NCBI GenBank assembly: GCA_963825775.1 | Contig: CAWGUV010000010.1 | Span: 43,144-107,143, forward strand | Length of the DNA: 64,000 nucleotides | Reading direction: 5' to 3' | DNA from: an uncultured Thermoleophilaceae bacterium | GTDB taxonomy: Bacteria; Actinomycetota; Thermoleophilia; Solirubrobacterales; Thermoleophilaceae | Shown here: positions 21,462 through 32,112 of the stretch, in pieces | How positions within the stretch are numbered: position 1 is the stretch's first letter | How the letters are laid out: every line of letters begins with the position of its first letter | Translations under genes and position numbers: made by a program | Notes under the pieces: generated by a model | The model's input: the letters and a program-made list of their open reading frames with translations, nothing else | What the model was told of the DNA's origin: nothing | The model's database searches: none

Positions 21462-22964
21462 ATGCGCGCACGAGCACTCCGTGCCGGCCCCGCGCTGGCG
21501 CTCGCGGCGCTCTGCGCGGCGGGTGCCGCGCTGCGCCTGTCTCTCCTCGACCAGAGCTTCCTCTCCGACGAGCTGGCCACCTACTGGGACATCTCGTTCC
21601 GGAGCCTGGGCGATCTGTTCTCCACGATCCACTCCGACGCCGAGATCAGCCCGCCGCTTTCCTTCGTGCTCTCGTGGATCGGGCTGAAGGTGAGCGCCGA
21701 GCCGGAGTGGGTGCGCGTGTTCTCGTTCCTCGCGGGCACGGCCACGATGCCGGTCCTGTACCTCATCGGCAAGCGCATCTCCGGCCGCGGCATGGGCCTC
21801 ACGGCCGCCGCGCTCGCGGTCCTTCGCGCCGTTCATGGTCTTCTACTCGACCGAGGCCCGCGGCTACGGGGTGATGATGTTCCTGGTCGCCCTGACGCAC
21901 CCTCCTGATGCTGGTGGCGGCGGACGACGGCCGGAAGCGCTGGTGGGCGGCCTACGCGGTGGCCACGTGCGCGGCCGCGTACACCCACTACACCTGCATC
22001 TTCGTGCTCGCGTTCCAGCTCGGGTGGCTGGTGTGGGCACATCCCGGCACCCGCAGACTGGCATTGATCGCAAACGGCGCTGCGGCGCTCGCGTACATCC
22101 CGTGGCTGTCGGGCCTGCGCGCGGACCTGAACTCGCCCACCACCGAGATCCTCTCGTTGCTTCAGCCCTTCACGGGCGAGGCTGTGCGCACCAGCCTCGG
22201 GCACTGGTCGATCGGTTATCCGTACTCGCTGATTCCCTTGCGCGATGTTCCCGGCAGCCCTGCGCTGGTCGTGCTCGGATCGGCCTGCGGTGTCGCTCTC
22301 GTCGCCGTCGTCGGCCCGTCGGCGGCTGGCCGCCTCGAGGCCGGACGCGCTGCTGGTGTGCGCGCTGGCGCTGGCGGTCCCGGTGAGCGCGGCCGTGTTG
22401 AGCGCAGTCGGCGACAACCTGTTCAGCACACGCAACCTGGCCGCTTCCTGGCCGGGCCTGGGGCTCGCAGTCGCACTGTTGCTCGTGTCGGCCGGGCCGC
22501 GCCTTCGCTACGCCACCGCGGGCCTCGCAGTATTCGCGCTGGCGATCGGGGCGGTGAAGCTGCTCGACGAGACGCGCCAGCGCCCGCCGTATGAGGAGAT
22601 GGCGGACTACATCAACGCGAGAAGCGGTCCGGGCGACGTGGTGATCGACGAGACGGCGGCGATCAGCCCCGGCCCGCTGAGCTCGATCGACCCCTATCTC
22701 GAGCGCAAGGGTCCGGTGTTCCGCTCGCTGAAACCGCAGCAGCGACGGCGCCCGTTCGCGCTCGGCGAACGCGCGCCGACCATGAATCAGGCGGCGCGCC
22801 GGGCCGTGGCCGGCGCGGAGGGCAAGTACCGGATCTTCCTGGCCACCGACGTGGGGCGCGCGCCGCTCAAGCGCCCGCTCGGCCGCTACCGGCTGGTGGC
22901 GGCCCGCCGCTGGCCGGGGCTGTTCGGGATCGAGGTGCGCGTGTACGACCCGCCGGCTTCGTAG
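21462..22964 (+). pseudogene. PMT/ArnT-like (GT39/GT83, GT-C fold) membrane glycosyltransferase; three frame breaks (~21818, ~21898, ~22318)
   Basis: Four consecutive ORF-track fragments (21207.., 21835.., 21908.., 22245..) join into one polytopic protein. Joined sequence: LSLLDQSFLSDELATYWD...PPLSFVLSWIG...FMVFYSTEARGYGVMMFLVAL...WWAAYAVATCAAAYTHYTCIFVLAFQLGWLVW... Confidence 0.6.
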
Positions 22965-23637
22965 CCAAGATCACGTTGTGGGCGCCCATGCGGCGCACCA
23001 GCGGGGTGCGCTCCGCCGCCCGCTCGGCGAGCGCGGCGGCCGTGACCGCACCGGGTGGCACGAAATCGGGCACCCAGCCGAGCTGCACCGACGCCAGCAC
23101 CTCCGCCCCGCCGGCATGCAGGCCCTCGATTGCCTCCGCCTCCTCCACCAGGCGCTCGTCACCCGTGTCCTGGGGCACCCGCGCCATCAACCGCTTCCAG
23201 TAAGGGTTGCGCGGGTTGTGATCCCAGTGCAGCACGCGGCCGCCGGGGCGGGAGACCCGCACCATCTCCCCGAGCGCGCGGCGCACGTCGCCAGGGCTGG
23301 CCACGTGGTGCATGACCGCGACGCTCATCACCAGATCAAAGCTCGAGTCCTCGAACGGCAGCTCGGTGGCCGAGCCCTCGACGGCCACGACATCCGGGGC
23401 ACGGCGGCGCATCACGGCGAGCATTCCGGCGGACGGGTCGATGCCCGTCATCGCGAAGCCCTCACCCGCCAGCCGGGCGGCGAGCACGCCTGTGCCGCAG
23501 CCCACGTCCAGGCCCTCGCCCGGTGGGCAGGTCGCGAGCACGAACCTGGTTCGCTTGACGAGGTAGTGCTCGACGACGTGGGCCGGTAGCGACTCGTCGT
23601 ACTCCGCCGCTATGTGGTCAAAGTGGGAGCTGCTCAC
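22867..23637 (-). CDS. Class I SAM-dependent methyltransferase
   Basis: Motif I LDVGCGTGVLA, plus FDLVMSVAVMHHV and RPGGRVL. The last ~35 codons are low-complexity and overlap the convergent GT-C gene, so the true stop is uncertain. Confidence 0.8.
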   Translation of the reverse strand: MSSSHFDHIAAEYDESLPAHVVEHYLVKRTRFVLATCPPGEGLDVGCGTGVLAARLAGEGFAMTGIDPSAGMLAVMRRRAPDVVAVEGSATELPFEDSSFDLVMSVAVMHHVASPGDVRRALGEMVRVSRPGGRVLHWDHNPRNPYWKRLMARVPQDTGDERLVEEAEAIEGLHAGGAEVLASVQLGWVPDFVPPGAVTAAALAERAAERTPLVRRMGAHNVILATKPAGRTRAPRSRTAPASGGPPPAGSGRAGA

Positions 23638-24376
23638 GCGGCGCCCTTCCCGGAGGACGGACGGGCCAGCGCGGCACCCGCCGGCGGTAGTGGGCGACCA
23701 AGCCGATCATCCGCAGGCCGACGTCGATGGCCGCCACTCGCTTCCCGGTGACCGACGAGGTGCCCACCCGTGGGAGGTAGTTCACCGGGACCTCGATGAA
23801 GCGCGCATCCGACGTGACGGTGAGCAACATGATCTCGGCGCCGGCGTGGCTCCCGCCCACGGTCATCGCGCCGGCCACGTGCTCGGCCGTCTCCTTTCGC
23901 AGCAACCGGTAGGTGCAGCCCACGTCGCTCAGGTGGCTCGTGTTGAACAGCCACTCGATCAGCTTCGCCACGGCCCAGTTGCCCCAGCGCAGGAACCAGT
24001 CCATGTTGGCGTCGGCCCAGATCATCTCCCTGGTGGTCCGGGTGCCGAACACCACCTCGCACTCGTCGCTGTACACGAGCAGCTTGTGGATGTCGCCCGG
24101 CAGGAAGGTGCCGTCGGGCTCCGCCAGCACCACAAGGTCGCCCGAGGCCTCGAGCAGGCCGCGCTTGGTGGCGTGGCCGTAGCCCTGCTGGGACTCATGG
24201 ACGATGCGGGCGTCGGTCTTCGCGACCTCCTCCGCGGTGCCCGCTTCCGCGTTGTTGTCCACGACGAGCACCTCGTCGACCCAGCCCGTGGCGAAGAAGC
24301 CCTCGATCACCTCGCGGATCGAGTCCCGCTCCGCGTAGGTCATGAGCACCACTGAGACGTTCTTGCCGTTCCACAT
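23618..24376 (-). CDS. GT2 polyprenyl-phosphate sugar synthase (DPM1/GtrB-like)
   Basis: VSVVLMTYAERDSI...VLVVDNNAEAGT...GYGHATKRGL...LAEPDGTF. The start is placed at ATG 24376 because the ORF extension to 24433 would overlap the divergent gene at 24408. Confidence 0.8.
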   Translation of the reverse strand: MWNGKNVSVVLMTYAERDSIREVIEGFFATGWVDEVLVVDNNAEAGTAEEVAKTDARIVHESQQGYGHATKRGLLEASGDLVVLAEPDGTFLPGDIHKLLVYSDECEVVFGTRTTREMIWADANMDWFLRWGNWAVAKLIEWLFNTSHLSDVGCTYRLLRKETAEHVAGAMTVGGSHAGAEIMLLTVTSDARFIEVPVNYLPRVGTSSVTGKRVAAIDVGLRMIGLVAHYRRRVPRWPVRPPGRAPREQLPL

Positions 24377-24407
24377 CAGGTCGGGGGTCTTAGCATGAGC
24401 GGCCGCC

Positions 24408-25304
24408 ATGATCGCCTTCGGCTCCCCCATCACCCAGCGCGACGTCTACGACCGCTGCGCCGCGCCCGGGATCAGCCGGGCGCGGGAGGACGACTCGGTG
24501 GTGCTGGCCGGCCCGGCGAAGGGATCGATCTTCGAGAGCTACAACGAGCTGCTCGAGCAGGCGGCCGCGCTCGACGATCTCGAGGCGCTCGTGCTCATCC
24601 ACCAGGACACCGAGATCGTGGATGTGGACTTCGCCGCCAAGGTCCGTGACGCGGTGGCCGATCCCGACGTGGGCCTGGTGGGCTGCGTCGGCTCCATCGG
24701 CGTCCGCAGCATCGCCTGGTGGGAGGGCTCGGTCACCCAGGCCTCGTTCATCCACCGCTACCACGAACACGGCGGCGGGGACGTGCAGGCCTTCTCCTGG
24801 GCATGGGGCGACGCGCCGGCCTACGCGCGCCTCGGCGAGGTCGAGACCCTCGACGGGTTCCTGCTCGTGCTCTCGCCATGGGTGGTGCGCAACCTGCGCT
24901 TCGACGAGGCGCTGGGGCGGCTGCACGGCTACGACCTCGACTTCTGCCTTCAGGTGCGGGAGGCCGGGAAGAAGGTGATCACGGCCGACGTCCGCGCCAT
25001 CCACCACCACTCCCTCGACCCGATCTCCGAGCCAGAGGAGTGGATCAAGGCGCACATCGACATCGCCGAGAAGTGGGACGGCCGGATGCCGGGCATGGGC
25101 TCCGCGCCGGGCACCTGGAAGGAGCGCGCGCGCCGGGCCGAGGCCGAGGCCGAGGCGGCACGAGCGCAGGGGCACAAGCACAGGCTCGAGGTGCACGCCC
25201 GGGTCGACGACCTCGAGCGCGCGCTCGACGTGATGCACCAGAGCCTCTCGTGGCGCCTCGGCGCGCCCCTGCGCCTGCTCGAGCGACGGAGGACGGAGCG
25301 ATGA
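24408..25304 (+). CDS. Glycosyltransferase-like family protein (Glyco_tranf_2_5-like, tentative) with C-terminal coiled coil
   Basis: 298 aa: MIAFGSPITQRDVYDRCAAPGI...LVLIHQDTEIVD...DGFLLVLSPWVVRNLRFDE...HGYDLDFCLQ. The tail is ARRAEAEAEAARAQ...SLSWRLGAPLRLL. Confidence 0.7.
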   Translation: MIAFGSPITQRDVYDRCAAPGISRAREDDSVVLAGPAKGSIFESYNELLEQAAALDDLEALVLIHQDTEIVDVDFAAKVRDAVADPDVGLVGCVGSIGVRSIAWWEGSVTQASFIHRYHEHGGGDVQAFSWAWGDAPAYARLGEVETLDGFLLVLSPWVVRNLRFDEALGRLHGYDLDFCLQVREAGKKVITADVRAIHHHSLDPISEPEEWIKAHIDIAEKWDGRMPGMGSAPGTWKERARRAEAEAEAARAQGHKHRLEVHARVDDLERALDVMHQSLSWRLGAPLRLLERRRTER

Positions 25305-26231
25305 TCGCCTTCGGGTCGCTGATCACCAAGTCCGAGCCCTACCGGGTCTACGCCCGGCCGGGGATCGACCGGGTGGCCGAGCCCGACTCTGAGGTGTTCG
25401 TGATCTCCTCCGTCAGGCACGGTCGGGCGCGGCTGCAACCTGCTCCTGGACACCGCCGCCGCGCTCGACGACCTCGAGGCCCTGGTGCTGCTGCACCCCC
25501 ACACCGAGGTGGTCGACCCGCAGTTCTGCGCGAAGGTCCGTGCCGCACTGGCCGACCCCGACGTGGCCGTGGTCGGCGCCGCCGGCAGCACCGGTCGCCC
25601 GTCGCTCGCGTGGTGGGACGGGCACATCGCGGCCGGCGACGTGACGCTGAGCTATCCCGAACACCGCGGGGGCAGCCTCCCCGCCTACTCGTGGAAAGCG
25701 CTCGGGCCCGCGCCGGCGGAGGTCGACGTGGTCGATGGCTTCCTGATGGTGCTGTCTCCGTGGGCGGTGCGCAACGCCCGCTTCGACGAGTCGCTCGCCC
25801 TCGGCCATGGCTTCGACGTGGACTTCTGCCACCAAGTGCGGAAGGCCGGGAAGAAGGTGACCGTGGCCGATCTCGCGGTAATCCACCACCACTCGCTCGA
25901 CCTGTTCGACGACGGGGCGAAGTGGATCGAGGCGCACATTCAGCTGGCGGACAAGTGGGACCACAGCACGGCCAATGACGACGAGGCCGGCTGGAAGACC
26001 AGGGCCCGGCGCGCCGAGGCCGAGCGGGAGGTCGAGCGCGCCGTCACCTACAGCCTGGAGCTGAACTCCGACGCCCGTGTCCTGAGCCTGGAGCGCGAGC
26101 TCCAGGAGGCTCTCGACTCGAGGGCGTGGCGGCTGACGGGACCGCTGCGGGCGCTGAACGCCGCCCTGCGCCGCCGCCGCGAGCGGCCGCCCAGGGGCCC
26201 GACCGACAACGGCTCGGCGATCAGGATCTAG
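25301..26231 (+). pseudogene. Tandem paralogue of the 24408..25304 glycosyltransferase-like gene; one frame break near nt 25410-25430
   Basis: Starts MIAFGSLITKSEPYRVYARPGI (ATGA overlap with the preceding stop). It continues in ORF 25485..26231: LVLLHPHTEVVD...DGFLMVLSPWAVRNARFDE...HGFDVDFCHQ...ARRAEAEREVE...SRAWRLTGPLRAL. Confidence 0.7.
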
Positions 26232-27221
26232 TCGAGAGCCCGGCGGATCTCCTCCTTGGAGACCACCGACTGGCTCTTTGCGATCCCGAGCCTCACGCGT
26301 AGGCGCGAGAGCCTCTCCGCCACGCCGAAGGCGCTGGATTCGAGCATCCGGCGCAGCACGGCCTCCTGGCGAGCGCGGCGGTCGCCCGCCTCCCAGAGCT
26401 GGTTCTGCAGGACGTGCCCCGCGGCGAGGTGGTGAACCCGGCCCGCCTCCAGGCGCGCCACCAGGTTGTTGTCGTCCCACGGCGCGAGGATCTGCTCGAT
26501 TCGCCCGGCCCAGTCGGCCTGCTCGTGCCACACGACCCCCAGGCCGAAGAAGGCGGGCACCACGGCGAACCGCAGTCCCTCACGCGCCTCCACGAAGTCC
26601 TCGACGGCGGTGCGCACCCCGTTGCGCGGCCCGCCCTCGCTCTGCGCGGAGTTGCGATACGGCAGGCCCCCGTCGTGCAGGCCGGGCTCGCCGGGGAACA
26701 GGCCGCCGGTCTCGCCGGCCACCGGCTGGCGGTAGTCCGCGCGGGATCTGCTCGGCGTCGAAGTAGTCGTCGCGGCGGGCGTGCGGCCACGCCACGTCGT
26801 GCAGGAGGATCAGCGGAAGGGTCGCTGCGGGGGCGCGCTCGGCGATCAGGCGCAGCTCCTCGGCCACCGTCCAGTAGTTGTGGTCGCCGTCGATGATCAC
26901 CACGTCGGGCAGATCGAGCTCGGGGAGCGCCTCCAGGCTCGTGCGACGGACCAGGTCGAGGCCGGGACGCTCCTCCGCGAGCGCCACCAGAGCCGGCTGG
27001 GGCGAGGGATCGATGGCCAGGACCGCCACCTCCTCGTCCCGCGTCGCCGCCCAGTCGCAGAGCAGCCGGGTGAGGTCGCCCGCGTAGGCGCCGACCTCCG
27101 CCACCGAGCGGGCATCCACCGCCTCGAGGCACGGCAGCATCACCTCGGCCACGTTCGCCAGGGAGGTCGCCCAGCCGGCGGGATCTTCGCTGTAGGCGTC
27201 GAGGTCGAATCCGGGTGTCAC
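26228..27221 (-). pseudogene. Class I SAM-dependent methyltransferase (Methyltransf_24-like); one frame break near nt 26737-26742
   Basis: N-terminal part VAEVGAYAGDLTRLL...VVIIDGDHNYWTV...LLHDVAWPHARRDDYF is in ORF 26580..27221. It continues as ADYRQPVAGETGGLF...FAVVPAFFGLGVVW in ORF 26228..26722. Confidence 0.7.
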
Positions 27222-27269
27222 GAGGGCGGCAGTGTAGTCCCGGCTCGCGGCTGGCTAGGCTGGCCTGCT

Positions 27270-29532
27270 TTGCGTCCCGCCCTCGGCCCCACCCTCGCGC
27301 TCACGCTCGTCCTGGCGCTGGCGGCGGTAGCCGCCCTCGTCTGCGCGATGGTGCTCCTCGTCGAGCCCGAGCCGATTCCGGGGCTGGCGGCCAGCCAGCG
27401 CCAGGACGCCGAGACGGGCGTGTATGTGATCTCGCTGCTGATCCTGCTGCCGCTCGCGCTGGTCGCGGGGCCGCGACTGGCCCGCGCGATCGACAGCGGC
27501 CCCAACACGGCCGCGCTGCCGGGGCTCACCGCCGTCCTCGCGATCGGGCTCGCCTCGGCGCTGCTCGGGGCGCGCGCCATCGATGAGGCCGCGGGCGGCG
27601 GCACCGAGGTGCTGCTGGGGGCTCTGCTGGTCTGGAGCGCGGGCGCGGACGCCGCGCTGAGCCGGGCCCAGGCAGGCCGGGAGTGGCGCGCCACGGCCTC
27701 CCTCGCCCGCCATTCCCGCACGCTGTGGCTGGGCGCCGCCGCCGCAGTGGCCGCCACGCCGCTGGTGGTCACCTCGCTGAGCTCGCTCAGCCCCGCCGTC
27801 GTGGTCATCGGCGCGGTGGCCGTGCTCGTCTGCGCCAGGCGGCGCGCTCCCGCGCTCGCCGGCCGCGCTGGGCTGGCGGTCGACGCGCTGGCGATCGTCC
27901 TGCTGGCTCTGCTCATCCCGGACCTGGTGGTGGTCAGGCCCGAGGACCCCGGGCTGTCGTCGCTGGACCGCTACCTCGCGTCGATCATGCAGTTCCACCA
28001 CAACTTCCTGGTGGGGCCCGCCAACCAGGTGATGGGCGGGGACGTGCTGCTGCGCGACACCGCCTCGCAGTACGGCGTCGGGTCGATCTACTTCCTCACG
28101 GGCTGGTTCGAGCTGGCGACGATCTCCTACGGCAGCTTCGCGCTGCTCGACGGCCTGCTCACGGCCGGCCTGTTCTGCATCGCCTACGTGATCCTGCGCC
28201 TTGCCGGCTGCTCGCGGGCGGTGGCCTGGGCCGCCATGGCCGTGGCGGTGGTGGCGCTGGTCTTCAACCGCATCTATGCGGTGGGCATGCTGCCCCAGGA
28301 GGGGCCGTTCCGGTTCGGGCTGCCGATCGGGGTGATCCTCGCCGCCGTCGTGGCCGCGCGCTGGCCCGAGCGGGCCCGTCCTGCGCGAGCGGCCGGCCTG
28401 GTCGTGGTGGGCGTGAGTGCCATCTGGGCGCTCGAGGCGTTCGCCGCAACCGCCGCCGTGTTCGCGGCCCTGGGCGCCTTCGAGGCGTGGCTGCTCCCGC
28501 CCGGGCAGCGCGATGCGGCTCTTCCTGCGGCGCGCGGCAGAGGCCGTCGGCGCCGCCGTGGTGGCCCACGTGCTCTTCGCGATGGCCGTGCTCGTGGGCA
28601 CCGGGCACCTCCCGGCGTGGGGCCAGTACCTGGCCTTCCTCGACGAGTTCCTCACCGGGCCCCTGGGCGACCTCACCTACGACTTCGACCGCTGGTCGGC
28701 CGGCCTTGCGCTCGGCGCCGCCTACCTGGCCTCCGCGCTCGCGCTGCTGGTGGTGCTGAAGATCCGCCTGCCGCTGGCCGCGGAGCGGCGGACGGCGTTC
28801 ACCGCCATCACGGGCATCACCGCCTACGGGCTCGTGCAGTTCGCCTACTCGTCGATCGCTCGGCCGAGCACGTTCTGGTCTACGTGGCCCTGCCGGCCGT
28901 GATGGCCGCCGCGCTGTGGCTGGCGCTGGTGATCGACACCCGGTCGCGTGTCCCGGCGGTGCTGGTGACCGGCGCGGCGGCGGTGCTGCTGGTGGGGGCC
29001 GGCTGGTCGTCGGTGCAGCGGCCGCTCGAGCGCTCGGCCCTCTCGCAGCTGCTGCCCGGCGGTGACTCCCCGCGCGCGGCGATCGCCCGGCTTGCGCGCC
29101 TTCCCCGCCATCGACAGCTCCGCGCCAGAGGGCGAGCGCCTGCTCGACACCCACATGCCGGGCGAGCGCCACTCGGTCGTGCTCGTGGAGCCCAACCTCA
29201 GCGTGGAGGTACTCATGCGGCGCAAGCGCGTCAACGCCCTCCACCTCTCCAACCCGCGCGAGGACGACTTCACCTTCGACGAGCGGCTGCCCGGGGTGCT
29301 GGAGGCGGTGCGCGAACTCAAGCCGGGGCGGCGCCTGCTGATCGACGCCGGGGCGCTCTCCGCGCTGGCGGAGCTGAGGCGCAACCCGCGGTCCCGCGTG
29401 CGAAACCAGGGCACCGCCACGGTCTCGATCCTCCAGGCGCGCGCGCTCGAGGCGATCGACCGGCGCTTCCGCCTGCGCCCCGTGGCGCGCGGCAGCGGAG
29501 GGCTGGCGGTGGCCGAGCTTCTAGACCGCTAG
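27270..29532 (+). pseudogene. Large polytopic membrane protein (possible GT-C-type glycosyltransferase/polymerase; function unknown); three frame breaks (~28500, ~28850, ~29090)
   Basis: There are more than 12 hydrophobic segments. Fragments from ORFs 26781..29846, 28417..28902 and 29062..29532 join colinearly. The start (TTG 27270) is a guess. No family was recognised by eye. Confidence 0.45.
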
Positions 29533-30549
29533 CGGGCTGTACTCGCCCGGCCAGCCCGAGCCGCCGAAGAACCAGCTCTCGATGGCGTAGCGCGGGTTGG
29601 GCATCGACGGGTCAGAGCCCGTCTGGTGCAGGAACAGCTCGTCGAAGAAGAGGGCGTCGCCGGCCTCGAAGATCGGCCGGACGATGCCGGTCTTGCCGGC
29701 CGTGCGCTCGGCGTTGGCGTCCGACACCGCGTAGTCGAGGATCGCGCCGTCGGTGCCGGCGGACACCAGCTCGTTCAGTCGCCGCGGCACCAGGTCGAGG
29801 CCCGGCGACTCGTCGCCGCAGCGGCATAGCGACAGCCACAGGTTGAGGGCGCGGACGGGGCCCATGAAGGCGCCGTCCTGGTGCCACGCGCCAGCCGTCT
29901 CGGGCTTCACCTTGCGCAGCGTCGTCTTCTCGAGAGTCACCATCGGCCGTTCGCCGAGGTAGCCCTCCACCAGGTCCTGGACGCCCGCGTTCCGGAACAT
30001 CTCGATCATCTGGATGGCGAGCCGGGGCGAGTCCGCCGCCAGCAGCCCGCCCCCTTCGCGCACCCATCCGCGCGCGCCGAACTCGATGCCGTAGGGCGCC
30101 TGTCCCTCGAACTCCTCGTACTGCCCGGGATCGCCGTCCTCGCCGGCGAGCACGCGCTCGCGCTCCTCGTACGCGCGGTCCATGGTGCGGGCGAACTCCT
30201 CGGCGACCTCGCGATCGACGAGTCCGCGCACCAGCACGCAGCCGTCGCGCAGGATGCCCGCGCGGATGAGCTCCGGAGTCAGGTCCTCGGCGGCTATCTC
30301 GGGAAGGCCTCCGGTGTCCGGCAGCTGATCCTCCGCGGGCTCGGGGTGGGTGCCCTTGCTCTCGTCGCGGATCAGCGCCCGCACTCCCGCCAGGTGGCGG
30401 AGGCGCAGCAGGTGGCGGAGGTGGTCCGAATCGGACTCGGCGGAGGTGCTCGCGCTCAGCCGGTCGATCTCGGCGTGGAGCTCCTCGTCGGAGCCCGGGA
30501 AATCGTCATCCACCTCCGTCGGGCGGGGGATCACCGTGCGCTCGACCAC
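29521..30549 (-). CDS. Phytanoyl-CoA dioxygenase (PhyH) family Fe(II)/2-oxoglutarate oxygenase
   Basis: 342 aa with an H-x-D facial-triad motif in AGAWHQDGAF, a distal His in LFLHQTG, and Arg in NPRYAIESWF. Confidence 0.7.
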   Translation of the reverse strand: MVERTVIPRPTEVDDDFPGSDEELHAEIDRLSASTSAESDSDHLRHLLRLRHLAGVRALIRDESKGTHPEPAEDQLPDTGGLPEIAAEDLTPELIRAGILRDGCVLVRGLVDREVAEEFARTMDRAYEERERVLAGEDGDPGQYEEFEGQAPYGIEFGARGWVREGGGLLAADSPRLAIQMIEMFRNAGVQDLVEGYLGERPMVTLEKTTLRKVKPETAGAWHQDGAFMGPVRALNLWLSLCRCGDESPGLDLVPRRLNELVSAGTDGAILDYAVSDANAERTAGKTGIVRPIFEAGDALFFDELFLHQTGSDPSMPNPRYAIESWFFGGSGWPGEYSPLAV

Positions 30550-30632
30550 CGCGGTGACGCCCTCGGCTTCGCCGTTGCCGTTCGCGTCGACCTTCCTTGT
30601 TGCGCCTGAGCTTTCGCCACATGGAATTCACC

Positions 30633-31207
30633 TTATAGCTCCGTTGCCGGGACGCCGCCAACGGTCGCTCCGGCCGGCACGTCGCCCACCACCACGGCGT
30701 TCGCTCCGATGACGGCGCCCGCGCCGACGCGCACGTTGCCGATCACCTTCGCGCCCGTGCCCACGCTCACGTCACGCTCGATCGTCGCGCCGTGCACGTC
30801 CCCGCCTTGAGGCCGATCGTGATCCACGGGAACAGCTGCGTGCCGGGGCCGATCTCGACCAGCCCGTCCACCACCACCTGCCCGTGGACGATGTAAACGC
30901 CCGGGTGCATCACGACCGGATCGCCGATCGAGACCTGGGCGAGCATCATCGACAGCCTGTGGGCGAGGCGAGGCAGCAGCGGCACGCCCAGCGCCTGCAT
31001 GCGCGCCTTGGCGCGGTACAGCGCCTGGGCGAGGAACGCGTCGCTCACCAGGCACAGCCGCAGGACCTGAGCGGCCAGGTCGCCGCGCGACCGGAACTCG
31101 TGCCGTTCGCCGCGGAAGCGGGCGGTGATCGCGGCGTCGGCGGCCACGGCTTCGCGGAAACGCGGATGCCGCGACCGGATGTCGCTCCAGATCGTCTCCT
31201 CAACCAA
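30633..31207 (-). pseudogene. Hexapeptide-repeat (serine O-acetyltransferase/WcaB-like) acetyltransferase; one frame break near nt 30808-30815
   Basis: CysE-like N-domain FLAQALYRAKARMQALGVPLLPRLAHRLSMMLAQVSIGDPVVMHPGVYIVHGQVVVDG is in ORF 30767..31276. The LbH tail GDVHGATIERDVSVGTGAKVIGNVRVGAGAVIGANAVVVGDVPAGATVGGVPA is in ORF 30633..31055. Start is TTG 31207, or up to 31276. Confidence 0.7.
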
Positions 31208-31242
31208 GGGGCGCCAGCCTAACCAGTGGCCCTTCTGGCATC

Positions 31243-32110
31243 GTGCGCTCGATGGCCGAGAGAGAACGCCCGGCACCCGACTCGCCAGCCTTCTGGGAGG
31301 AGGTCAAGGCCGAGCTCGACCGCGCCCGTGAGCCCGCAGCCCCCGGACCGGGCCCCGGCGCCTCGCGGCTTGCCGACGCCTACCTGGGAGTGCTGAAGCT
31401 CGCGCTCTGCGACCTGGTCTCACCGCGCACGATGTCGGTGGTGCGCACGCCCGACGGCGTCGACTCGCTCGAGCTGAGCGACGGCGAGCTGCGCAAGCGC
31501 ACGCTGGGATCGGACTGGCCCGCCTACGGGCTCACCATGGTCGGCCTGGCGCGTCTCGACGACCTCGAGGCATGCGTGCGCGAGGTCGTGGCTGACGGCG
31601 TGCCAGGCGACCTGATCGAGGCGGGCGCGTGGCGAGGCGGCGCGTCGATGCTGATGCGCGCCACCCTCGACGTGCTCGGCGACGAGCGAGGCGTGTGCGT
31701 GGCCGACTCCTTCGCCGGCTTTCGCGAGAACCTCGAGTCCGAGGACCTCGCGGAGGTCGACTTCCTGGCGGTGTCGCTGGAGGAGGTGCGCGCGAACTTC
31801 GCCCGCTTCGGCCTCGGACGAGGGCGTGGAGTTCGTGCCCGGCTACTTCGAGCAGACGATGGCCGGCCTCGCCGGGCGCCGATGGGCGATCTGCCGCCTC
31901 GACGGCGACAGCTACGAGGCCACGCGCGTGTGCCTCGACGCGCTCTACCCGGGCCTGTCGGAGGGCGGCTACCTCGTCGTCGACGACTACTACGTGCTCG
32001 ACGAGTGCGCCCGGGCGGTGGACGAGTTCCGGGCCGAGCACGGCATCGACGAGCCGATGGAGCGCGTCGACTGGACCTGCTCGCGCTGGCGGCGCGGCGC
32101 CGGCGCCTGA
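31243..32110 (+). pseudogene. TylF/macrocin-type O-methyltransferase family protein; one extra base near nt 31816
   Basis: PAYGLTMVGLARLDDLEACVREVVADGVPGDLIEAGAWRGGASMLM...VADSFAGF is followed by DEGVEFVPGYFEQTM...CRLDGDSYEATRVCLDALYPGLSEGGYLVVDDY in ORF 31826..32110. Confidence 0.75.
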
Positions 32111-32112
32111 CC

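Noticed and set aside
26781-29846. 1021-aa ORF in the track, taken as a single protein
   Set aside because: It is a composite. Its first ~150 aa are antisense to the methyltransferase at 26228-27221, and its last ~100 aa are antisense to the PhyH gene. Only internal segments (about 27270-28500 and 28860-29090) belong to the membrane protein.
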